Part shown: piece after piece, positions 8,867 to 17,800 of the stretch
Layout: each line of letters begins with the position of its first letter
How positions within the stretch are numbered: position 1 is the first letter of the stretch
Source: a virus
Taxonomy: Duplodnaviria; Caudoviricetes
DNA length: 54,908 nt
Strand: one strand, 5' to 3'
IMG/VR virus record: IMGVR_UViG_3300021197_001056
Span: 1-54,908 of that record
Made by a program: the position numbers and the translations under genes
The notes under the pieces: generated by a model
What the model was told of the DNA's origin: nothing
Seen by the model: the letters and a program-made list of their open reading frames with translations, nothing else
The model's database searches: none

Positions 8867-10372
8867 ATGGCAATTACAAATGGTGCGTTGTTAAATAAAG
8901 TTCCTTCTGCTCAGCAGCAAACTTTAGCTAGCAACTACATTGACTTCGCAGGCGGTTCAACCGGTTGGGAGCAACAATATTTACCAGACCTAATGGAAAA
9001 AGAAGCTGAGGTTTTCGGACAGAGAACTATTTCAGGTTTCTTAGCTCAAGTAGGTGCTGAAGAGGCAATGACAGCTGATCAAGTTGTATGGTCTGAACAA
9101 GGTAGATTACATTTATCTTACGTTGGTACAGTAGCTACTGCTGGTGATACTAACGGAACTTTTACTGTAGTAACTGATATTGATGGTTCTGCTAATGGGG
9201 AAAATGGTTTTGCTGTAGCGAATCACGGTGTTCGTGTTAACGACGTAGTGCTTATAGCTACCGCTGGTATAGTTACTAAATGTTTAGTAGTTGAAACTCC
9301 AGCTTCAGCAGTTATAACTGTTGAGCCTTACGATAAAGCTGATTTAACTGGTCATGCTACAACTGGTAGTGGATCTGTTTTATTAGTAGTAGGTTCTGAA
9401 TATGGTAAAGGTCAATCTTACAGTGATATTACTGGTACTGCTGCTGCAGACAAAAGAACCGCTTTACAGCCGACTTTTAAGTCTTACAGTAACAAGCCAA
9501 TCATCATGAAAGATTACTACGAAGTATCTGGATCTGATGCATCTCAAATTGGTTGGGTTGAAGTTACTGGTGAAGAAGGTCAAAACGGTTACTTATGGTA
9601 TTTGAAAGCTGAAGGTGATACTCGCGCTAGATTCACGGACTATTTAGAAATGTCTATGCTTGAAGCTGAGAAAACAGCAGCTGATTCTATTGTTGGTTTT
9701 GCGGACGGACAAATCCGTGGTGCTGCTGATGGTGGTGCTGGTTCTGCTGGTTCTGAAGGCTTGTTTGCTGCTATCGAATCTAGAGGTAATGTTACTTCTG
9801 GTATTTCTGGTGTTAACGCTGCTACTGACTTAGCTGAGTTTGATGCTATACTAGCAGAGTTTGACAAGCAAGGTGCTATTGAAGAAAACATGTTATTCTT
9901 AAATAGAGCTTCGTCTCTAGCTATTGATGATATGTTAGCTTCTATGAATTCTTACGGAGCTGGTGGTACTTCTTACGGAGTGTTTGACAACGACGAAGAT
10001 ATGGCTTTAAACTTAGGTTTTTCTGGTTTCAGAAGAGGTTCTTACGACTTCTACAAATCTGACTTTAGATATTTAAACGACAAGGCTACTCGTGGTGAAA
10101 TAAACAGAGTTGCTGGATCTGCAGCTATTCGTGGTGTTATTATTCCTGCAGGTACTTCAAGTGTTTATGATCAAAGTTTAGGTAAAAACCTTAAACGTCC
10201 GTTCTTACACGTGAGATATAGAGCTTCACAAACTGATGACCGAAGAATGAAAACTTGGGTTACTGGTTCTGTTGGTGCTGCTACATCTGCTTTAGATGCA
10301 ATGCAATTACACTTCTTATCTGAAAGATGTTTAGTTACTCAAGGTGCTAACAACTTTATGTTAATGAAGTAG
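8867..10372 (+). CDS. Major capsid protein (HK97 fold, crAss-like size)
   Basis: 501 aa, Ala/Gly rich, strongly biased codons (GCT, GGT, ACT), follows the scaffold gene and is followed by a strong terminator. Confidence 0.85.
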   Translation: MAITNGALLNKVPSAQQQTLASNYIDFAGGSTGWEQQYLPDLMEKEAEVFGQRTISGFLAQVGAEEAMTADQVVWSEQGRLHLSYVGTVATAGDTNGTFTVVTDIDGSANGENGFAVANHGVRVNDVVLIATAGIVTKCLVVETPASAVITVEPYDKADLTGHATTGSGSVLLVVGSEYGKGQSYSDITGTAAADKRTALQPTFKSYSNKPIIMKDYYEVSGSDASQIGWVEVTGEEGQNGYLWYLKAEGDTRARFTDYLEMSMLEAEKTAADSIVGFADGQIRGAADGGAGSAGSEGLFAAIESRGNVTSGISGVNAATDLAEFDAILAEFDKQGAIEENMLFLNRASSLAIDDMLASMNSYGAGGTSYGVFDNDEDMALNLGFSGFRRGSYDFYKSDFRYLNDKATRGEINRVAGSAAIRGVIIPAGTSSVYDQSLGKNLKRPFLHVRYRASQTDDRRMKTWVTGSVGAATSALDAMQLHFLSERCLVTQGANNFMLMK

Positions 10373-10383
10373 TATTTATACTT

Positions 10384-10416
10384 AGATCGAGGCTTCGGCC
10401 TCGGTCTTATTTTTTT
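10384..10416 (+). terminator. Intrinsic terminator after the major capsid gene
   Basis: Stem AGATCGAGGC / GCCTCGGTCT with a C-UUCG-G tetraloop, then TATTTTTTT. Confidence 0.9.
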
Positions 10417-10436
10417 AATTTTTATTATATTATATT

Positions 10437-11288
10437 ATGGCTAAAAAGCAAACAAAAGCAAAAGCAACTGAAGTAGTTGTTGAGCAAGAAGCTGTTGAAG
10501 TATTAGAACAGCAAGTCGAAGTTAAAAAACCTACTAGAGTTGAAAAAACAAATAAAACTTTAAGTGACGGTTGGGAACTAAAAGATAGAATCTATAAACT
10601 AAAAGGAAGTAAAAAACCTTTATCAAGATCTGTTAGATCAGCAAACATACACTGGTTTGACGAAGAGAAAGGTTACGAAAGAGAGTTAAAGTATACTTCT
10701 AATCAAAGAACACCTTTTGTTGATGAAATGGTTGGTGATCAAAGAATGGAGCATATTGTTTTTAGAAACGGTATGTTAATTGTAGAAAAGCAAAAAGTAG
10801 TATTACAAAAGCTTTTATCTTTATATCACCCAGATACAGGTGTCTTATTCTACGAAGAAAAACCAGTTGCTAACGCAGTCAATGAAATTGAATGGTTAGA
10901 GATGGAGATTGAAGCTCTTAACGCTGCTAGAGATATAGATATAGATTTAGCTGAAGCTGTTATGCGTGTAGAAGTTGGATCTAAGGTGTCAGACATGAGT
11001 TCTAAGGAGCTTAGACGAGACTTACTATTATACGCTAAAAGAAACCCTGAACTGTTCTTAGAGTTGGTTAATGACGATAATGTACAGTTGAGAAACTTCG
11101 GTATTAAAGCAACTGAACTAAACATTATAAAGTTATCATCAGATCAAAGAACTTTCACTTGGGGTACTAATGGTAGAAAACTTATGACAGTTCCGTTTGA
11201 CGAACACCCATACTCCGCGCTTGCACAGTGGTTTAAAACTGATGAAGGTATGGAAGTATACACTAATATAGAGAAGCGGTTATCATAA
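10437..11288 (+). CDS. Conserved hypothetical protein downstream of the capsid gene
   Basis: 283-aa ORF with phage codon usage and ATTATG start. Confidence 0.7.
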   Translation: MAKKQTKAKATEVVVEQEAVEVLEQQVEVKKPTRVEKTNKTLSDGWELKDRIYKLKGSKKPLSRSVRSANIHWFDEEKGYERELKYTSNQRTPFVDEMVGDQRMEHIVFRNGMLIVEKQKVVLQKLLSLYHPDTGVLFYEEKPVANAVNEIEWLEMEIEALNAARDIDIDLAEAVMRVEVGSKVSDMSSKELRRDLLLYAKRNPELFLELVNDDNVQLRNFGIKATELNIIKLSSDQRTFTWGTNGRKLMTVPFDEHPYSALAQWFKTDEGMEVYTNIEKRLS

Positions 11289-11296
11289 CCGTTTCT
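11272..11296 (+). other. RNA hairpin spanning the stop codon of 10437..11288
   Basis: AGAAGCGGTT / AACCGTTTCT 10-bp stem (one G-U); weak U tract. Confidence 0.45.
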
Positions 11297-11317
11297 TATA
11301 ATACTAAATAAGCACAA

Positions 11318-11352
11318 ACCCTAATCCTTAAACTTTAGACCTTAATTCATAA
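11318..11352 (+). repeat. Five degenerate 7-nt tandem repeats, consensus WCCTTAA
   Basis: ACCCTAA TCCTTAA ACTTTAG ACCTTAA TTCATAA. Confidence 0.55.
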
Positions 11353-11385
11353 ACAATTATTTATTAATCATTAAACATTTAAAAA

Positions 11386-11745
11386 ATGGAAAGATACTTA
11401 ATCTTTAACGAGCAAGGCACCGCTGCTTCAGTTGGTGATGCTGCTCATGACACTGCTTGTTGGCCATTGTCTAGGTTTTTAGGTTTTACAAACTTAGATG
11501 GTACTTCAACTGAAGTTTACGCTTTATTCAGAAGTTTATCAGAGCCTGATAACCCAGCTTCCGCGGATCACGTAAAATTTACTATTACCGATAATAAGCA
11601 TATGGATGCTATTAAGGCTATAGTTAGACAAATCAATGCGCATCCGAACTCTGATGGTGCTATTGTTGTGTATGATGAAGCCGCTGGTATTTCGCCTTCT
11701 TCTCTTATTACTGGTATAGAAGTAGAAGTTAGAAACGCATCGTAA
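11386..11745 (+). CDS. Small structural protein, paralog A (capsid decoration/auxiliary candidate)
   Basis: N-terminus MERYLIFNEQGTAASVGDAAHDTACWP is clearly homologous to the next gene. Confidence 0.65.
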   Translation: MERYLIFNEQGTAASVGDAAHDTACWPLSRFLGFTNLDGTSTEVYALFRSLSEPDNPASADHVKFTITDNKHMDAIKAIVRQINAHPNSDGAIVVYDEAAGISPSSLITGIEVEVRNAS

Positions 11746-11779
11746 TTTAGAAATTATTAATATTTAAAAACAAAAAAAA

Positions 11780-12145
11780 ATGGAAAGATTTGTTTTAGTA
11801 AACGAACAAGCAACAGCTGCTAGTGTTGGTGATACGTCACATGATGTTGCATGTTGGCCTGTTAGTAATTTCTTAGGATTTACAGACGAGAGCACAACTT
11901 CAACTGAATTAACATTAATGTTTAAACCAATGGAAGAGTCTATTGGTTCTGATCCAGATGGTAATGATAATGTAGTATTAACTATTACTGATAATCAACA
12001 GGTAAAAGTTATGCAGGATATTATAGCCGTTTTTAATGGTCATAAACATAAAGATGGTGTTATCGTTTTAGGTGATGCCGCAACTGGTGAATATTTAACT
12101 AGTGACATAACTGGTGTTGTTGTAACCGTACAGTCAGCTGCTTAA
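11780..12145 (+). CDS. Small structural protein, paralog B
   Basis: MERFVLVNEQATAASVGDTSHDVACWP; shares FLGFT, TITDN and DGxIV with paralog A. Confidence 0.65.
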   Translation: MERFVLVNEQATAASVGDTSHDVACWPVSNFLGFTDESTTSTELTLMFKPMEESIGSDPDGNDNVVLTITDNQQVKVMQDIIAVFNGHKHKDGVIVLGDAATGEYLTSDITGVVVTVQSAA

Positions 12146-12165
12146 TCACTAAGTAACTTAATATT

Positions 12166-12197
12166 AATAGCCATCCTTTCGGGTGGCTATTTTTTTT
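12166..12197 (+). terminator. Intrinsic terminator
   Basis: AATAGCCATCC-TTTC-GGGTGGCTATT stem-loop followed by a T run. Confidence 0.88.
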
Positions 12198-12224
12198 ACC
12201 CTATACTAACTCCTCGCTTTACTA

Positions 12225-12238
12225 TGTAACTATATTAA
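12225..12238 (+). promoter_or_regulatory. Putative phage late-promoter motif, copy 1
   Basis: TGTAACTATATTAA directly after a terminator; similar words at 26062 and 38116. Confidence 0.45.
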
Positions 12239-12254
12239 AGTAAAATAGAATGCT

Positions 12255-12416
12255 ATGAAATCAAAAGGATTAGGAGACTCAATAGAAAAATTCACTAAGT
12301 TTACCGGAATAAAAACTTTAGCTCACTTAGCTACTAGTTTTGTAGGTAAAAAAGATTGTGGATGTAATAAGAGGAAGAACTGGTTGAACAAACAGTTCCC
12401 TTATAAAATAGATTAA
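12255..12416 (+). CDS. Small basic CGC-motif protein (53 aa, absent from ORF track)
   Basis: MKSKGLGDSIEKFTKFTGIKTLAHLATSFVGKKDCGCNKRKNWLNKQFPYKID*; fills the gap and stops 1 nt before the next ATG. Confidence 0.75.
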   Translation: MKSKGLGDSIEKFTKFTGIKTLAHLATSFVGKKDCGCNKRKNWLNKQFPYKID

Positions 12417-12417
12417 T

Positions 12418-13182
12418 ATGTCTGTATCAATAGATAACGTTTATCAACAAGTTTTAGTTATAGCAAACAAAGAGCAGAGAGGTTATATAGCACCTCAAGA
12501 GTTTAATCTGTTTGCTAGGAAAGCTCAAAACGAAATATTCGAAAGTACTTTTCAGGATTACAAAGATGCTTACTTAAATTCAGAACAGTTTTTAGGTCAG
12601 CATAACAGTCTTTTCATGCTTAAAGAAAAGATGAATCATTTTAAAGTAGAAGACAATGCTGTATCTGTTTCTTCAGCTGTGGGTACTATCACGTTAACCG
12701 CTGGTCACTCTGTTTACTGGATTGAAAATGTACACGACTTAGATGGTCAACACGTGTTTGAAGAAGTAACAAAGCAAGAGTTTAACTACTTGAAAGACTA
12801 CTTCAGTGACCACGCTTTTCCTTTAAACGTAGATAATATAGTACTTTCAGGTAACTTAAAGTTTGTTTCTAAAAATTCTTTTTATAGAAAGTCTGATGGT
12901 ACTTTGGCCTTCTATCCTTTAGCTAGTTCTGGCATTACTCCACTAGTAGATTTTGTAAGACCAATAACAGATTTTGATGATCCTAAGTGGGGTTATGTAG
13001 TTGTTAATAATAAAGCTTTATATAACTCTAACGCTTCTAAAAACTTTGTATTACATTCTTCAGAGGAAAGTTCTCTTGTTAATAAAATATTAGAACTAGC
13101 TGGAATCTCTATGACGGATCCAGCTCTAATACAATCCGCAGTAACAAACGAACAAATGAATAAAGCTGATAAAAATAATTAA
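12418..13182 (+). CDS. Putative tail ring/adaptor protein, paralog 1
   Basis: NKEQRGYIAPQEFNLFARKAQ...LHSSEESSLVNKILELAGIS; position between capsid and muzzle genes. Confidence 0.6.
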   Translation: MSVSIDNVYQQVLVIANKEQRGYIAPQEFNLFARKAQNEIFESTFQDYKDAYLNSEQFLGQHNSLFMLKEKMNHFKVEDNAVSVSSAVGTITLTAGHSVYWIENVHDLDGQHVFEEVTKQEFNYLKDYFSDHAFPLNVDNIVLSGNLKFVSKNSFYRKSDGTLAFYPLASSGITPLVDFVRPITDFDDPKWGYVVVNNKALYNSNASKNFVLHSSEESSLVNKILELAGISMTDPALIQSAVTNEQMNKADKNN

Positions 13183-13184
13183 CT

Positions 13185-13925
13185 ATGGCTATAGATGTAA
13201 ATGAAGTATATAAGGAAGTTATAAATGCTGTCAAAAACGACAACATTGAGAAGGCTAGTGCAATGACTAAAGACTCTATTGTAGCTAAGAATACTCCAAG
13301 ACCTTATGTAACACCAGCAGAGTTTAATATATTAGCTAAGAGAGCTCAGGAGGATATATTTGAAAACACTGTTCATGATTTTAAACAAGCTTGGCTTGTT
13401 GGTGACAAAAGAAACGCTGAACTTATAAGGGAAAGGTTAAGCCCGTTTATACTTGAAGACGCTGACGTCAATAAGTCTACTGGGGCTGTGGGTAGTTCAC
13501 CGTATTGGATTATAAAAGTTTATGACGTGGGTAATAGCGTTTACTATGAAGAAGTTGATATAGATTACTTTAACAAAGTGAAAGCCTTCGCTAGTGCGAA
13601 AGCATTCTTCCCTTCGTCATCTCCAAAGCATCACATATACTATAGAAAAGATACTAGTACTGTGATCTTTCATCCAACGCCTACTGTCAACCCTGACGCT
13701 GATATTGTTATTTTCCCATCAACTCCTGCGTGGAACTCTAGTCACTCTGATGGTACTATAACTTACAGCTCAGGCGATAGTACAGATTTTGATTTACACA
13801 AATCAGAAAGAGGGACGTTAGTAAATAAAATATTAGAGTTAGCTGGAATATCATATAGAGATCAAGCTTTAGCTGATCTATCTCTTAGAAATGAATCCAC
13901 AAATACGGAAGATAAAATTCAATAA
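13185..13925 (+). CDS. Putative tail ring/adaptor protein, paralog 2
   Basis: YVTPAEFNILAKRAQEDIFE...LHKSERGTLVNKILELAGIS, homologous to the preceding gene. Confidence 0.6.
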   Translation: MAIDVNEVYKEVINAVKNDNIEKASAMTKDSIVAKNTPRPYVTPAEFNILAKRAQEDIFENTVHDFKQAWLVGDKRNAELIRERLSPFILEDADVNKSTGAVGSSPYWIIKVYDVGNSVYYEEVDIDYFNKVKAFASAKAFFPSSSPKHHIYYRKDTSTVIFHPTPTVNPDADIVIFPSTPAWNSSHSDGTITYSSGDSTDFDLHKSERGTLVNKILELAGISYRDQALADLSLRNESTNTEDKIQ

Positions 13926-13927
13926 TT

Positions 13928-14851
13928 ATGGGGTTATTAGACGGTACAACACAAAAATCATATTACGAAGGGCTTACAAAAAACAAAGGTAATTATCAGT
14001 TTGTATCACTTAGCGATATAATAAACTCCTTTATGTTAATATACACTGGTGATGGTAAGATAATAAATAAAGCCAATATTATGGATGTTCAGTTTCACGG
14101 TATGAGAGCTATACAAGAATTATCATACGATGTTCTAAGATCTCACAAAGCTTATGAGCAAGAAGTTCCCGCGACATTAGTTATGCCTTTACCGCAAGAT
14201 TACGTTAACTATACTAAAATTGTTAGAGTAGATTCTAATGGTATAGAAAAACCTATATATCCTACAGGTAAAACGTCTAATCCGTTCCCTATAAAACAAA
14301 GTGCGGATGGTTCTTACGATTTTGATAGTGGTACTATTTTAGTATCAGCAGTAGGTCAAGGACCTACAACTAGTGAGACCGCTAACAACCCCCACACTTC
14401 AGATACTCGTGATAAGTTTGGTTCTATACCATCTTCTAATTCTAATCAAGATTACGACGCTTTGGACCATAACAGAGTTGACAATAGAGGTAGAAGATAC
14501 GGTTTAGATCCACAGCACGCACAACAGAACGGGACGTTTTATATAGATAAAGCAACTGGCTTTATTCACTTTAGTTCAGACCTCTCGGGAACAAGAGTGA
14601 CATTGAAATATATTAGTGATGGTTTAGGTACCAATGACGAAATGGTAGTGCATAAGTTCTGTGAAGAAGCTGTGTATAAACATATAATGTACGGATTAGT
14701 TTCAAGTAGATCAAATATACCAGAAGGTGTGGTGCAACGATTTAAGAGAGAGAAGTTTGCAGAAACTAGAAAAGCTAAGATTAGACTTTCTAATATTAAG
14801 ATGGAGGAGTTCACACAAGTGTTGAAAGGATTAAGCAAACCTATTAAGTAA
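13928..14851 (+). CDS. Putative tail ring/tube structural protein
   Basis: LPQDYVNYTKI and LKYISDG motifs typical of podovirus tubular/adaptor proteins; synteny. Confidence 0.55.
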   Translation: MGLLDGTTQKSYYEGLTKNKGNYQFVSLSDIINSFMLIYTGDGKIINKANIMDVQFHGMRAIQELSYDVLRSHKAYEQEVPATLVMPLPQDYVNYTKIVRVDSNGIEKPIYPTGKTSNPFPIKQSADGSYDFDSGTILVSAVGQGPTTSETANNPHTSDTRDKFGSIPSSNSNQDYDALDHNRVDNRGRRYGLDPQHAQQNGTFYIDKATGFIHFSSDLSGTRVTLKYISDGLGTNDEMVVHKFCEEAVYKHIMYGLVSSRSNIPEGVVQRFKREKFAETRKAKIRLSNIKMEEFTQVLKGLSKPIK

Positions 14852-14856
14852 TAAGT

Positions 14857-17800
14857 ATGGCTCGATTAACAAAAACTTTCCAAGCAGGAAAGATGAATAA
14901 AGATCTTGATGAAAGATTGCTTCCTCAAGGTCAATATAGAGATGCTATGAACATAGAGGTAACCACGTCAGATGGTAGTGACGTTGGTGTAGTACAATCT
15001 ATACGTGGTAATAAAAAGTTGCCATCTTATAATGAAGTGAGTGACCCTGTAGCTGCCACAGTTAACCACAATGGTGTAACTAGTAAAGTTGTAGGATCTG
15101 TATCTGATGATAAAACTAACTCTTGTTATTTCTTTATAGCATCTCCAGAGTTTGGCTTTAGACCTATGGGTGAAGAGCCAAAGGTTTTTAAGGATATGAT
15201 TGTGAAATATGATAGTGTATCTAAAAAAATACATCCAGTTTTAACTGATATACTTAGATACGAAACTCCTAACGTTTTCTTAATAGAAGAAGGTCAGGGT
15301 TTTGATTTTATATCATTTAATGATGAGAATAAAGAAAATATTAAAGACAATATTAGACCTGGCATGGTCGCTAAAGCGTTTGATGCGGTTACATCTACTA
15401 CCTTTGACTTTAACTTTGCTTTAGATTATCCTACTAGTCAAGAGATGGGTAATGGGCTTGTAGTTATAGAAGTAGATGAATATGCTAATAGAATATATTT
15501 TGATAGAGTAATACCTAACACACCAGCAGAAGACTCGTCTAGTATAACTAATGATAAAATATCTCACTGGATTTTTACTCACCCAGAACCTGTATTACAA
15601 TTTCAAGAGTTTCTTAGTAGTAATGAAACAGCTTATGTTCAGGGTTTTGAATCAAGAATAGAAAACAAACAGATAACGGGTATAAATATAGTAGACAACT
15701 TGTTGCTATGGACTGACGGGCTTTCGGAACCTAAGAAAGTTAATATAGATAGATTAACTAATGGTTTGGGAAAAAATATTCCTAGATTTTCAACACATTC
15801 TAAAAACTTAGCAAGAGACCCTTATAGTGATAATCCTAAACAATTAAAAACGTTATCACAAATAGAAGATCCTGGCAACTATTTAGGATTAGGCGTTATT
15901 GATACTATAACTAGAGATCATATAACGGTAATAAAAAAAGCCCCAAGAAACGCTGTTAAATTAATAATGAGTAATTCATCTACTTCTATAGACGGAACGG
16001 CTACTACTGCTAATTGTACTCATGACTTTGTTAATGTATACCCTGGTTCAGAAGCTCAAGGTGTCGCTATTTCAGAAAATTTTGTAGAGGGTTCCGAGCT
16101 AGTTTTTACAGCTATGAATAATGCTTATGCTTCAGTTAGGGCTTCTGTTACTTCTGTAAACAACAATGTATACACGTTAGACGTGCACAGTGTTAACAAC
16201 AACATAACATACTCTCAAGTTGGTGAATATGTTAGTTGGCATGTTAGCTTAATACAAACAGACCCAATGTTTAGCGATAAAATAGGTAGATTTTCGTATA
16301 GATATAAATATTACGATAACGAGTGCTCAACATTTGCGCCATGGTCTGAGTTGGCTTTTTTACCTTCAAAATACGATTATACACCTATTAAAGGTTATAA
16401 TCTTGGTATGACTAATAACCTAAGAAAACTTAGAGTTGTTGATTTTGTAAATGAGTACGTGTCTAGACCTGACGACGTTAAAGAAATAGATATATTATTT
16501 AAAGATACTACCTCTCCAAATGTATACGTTGTAAAAACTATAAAAAGAGGTAAAGACTTTGAGTGGCACAATATGTTAGGTACGTCTACTGGATTTGATG
16601 GTAGCGGTGCTAAAGGTGTTCTTGATATAACAACTGAGATGATTCATAGAACACTTGAGTCTTCTCAAATATTAAGAGCTTGGGACAATGTACCTATAAC
16701 AGCTAAGGCTCAAGAAGTTACTGGAAATAGATTAGTGTACGCTAACTACGAGCAAGGTTATGATGTTATAAACGATATAGTTGTAGATAGTCAAGTAATC
16801 ACTACTCACCATCCGGGAATAGACAATGAAGACCTTTCTTTAAGTCCGTTCAAGTCTTTAAAGTCCATGAGAAAGTATAAGCTAGGAGTTGTATTTGGTG
16901 ATAAGTACGGTAGAGAAACGCCTGTAATTGGAGTCGGTGGTTCTTACAATGAAGAGTTTGAAGTTGATCCTGAAACTTTAGAACCTAACTCTAGTTCAGA
17001 AAACTATGTGCACGAAAGTTTTACTGTAAAGAAAGATAAGTGCGCTAGATTAAATAAAATAAAAGCAAAGTTAAAATGGGGCGGTGGTAATAGTAATGCT
17101 GAGCCAGAGCCCTGGATGGATTACTACAAGTTTTATATAAAAGAGACTTCCAACGAGTATTATAATTTAGTTATGGATCGTTGGTACAATAATGACGATG
17201 GTACTATATGGATTTCTTTTTCTTCTGCTGACAGAAACAAGGTTGATGAGGATACATATTTAATATTAAAGAAAGCTCATGACTCACAAACACCAGTACT
17301 AAACGACGATGCCAAGTATAAGGTGTTATCTATAAGCAACGAAGCCCCTGATTATATTAAAAAGGTCGATAAAATCATAGGGGTTACACCTTTAGATATG
17401 ACTGCTAATGTAAACTTAAGCGAATTACTTAGCGCTCAAATCGTTGGTGAAAGCTGGCTTGGTAGCGGAATTGGTGCGATAGCGAGTGGTGCTAGGTCGT
17501 TTGAAGGTGTAGGATGGGCTAGAATAAAAGGAGTCTCAGCTGGAGCTACACCATCAGAAGTGTTATACTCGGAATGGAGAAGAGTGTCTAATATAAACGC
17601 TCAATCTTACTCTGTGTCAGTAACAGAACCTTGGGGACTAAGAGCTGATATGGAAACGGATTATGGGTTTGGTGATGGTGCAAGTGTTGATTATTTTGTT
17701 GAAGTAAAAGATTCTGTAATTGAAAACAAACCAGAATTTGATGGTAAGTTTTTTGTAAAAATACACAAAGATAGTACATTAGAACAACAGGTAACTATAC

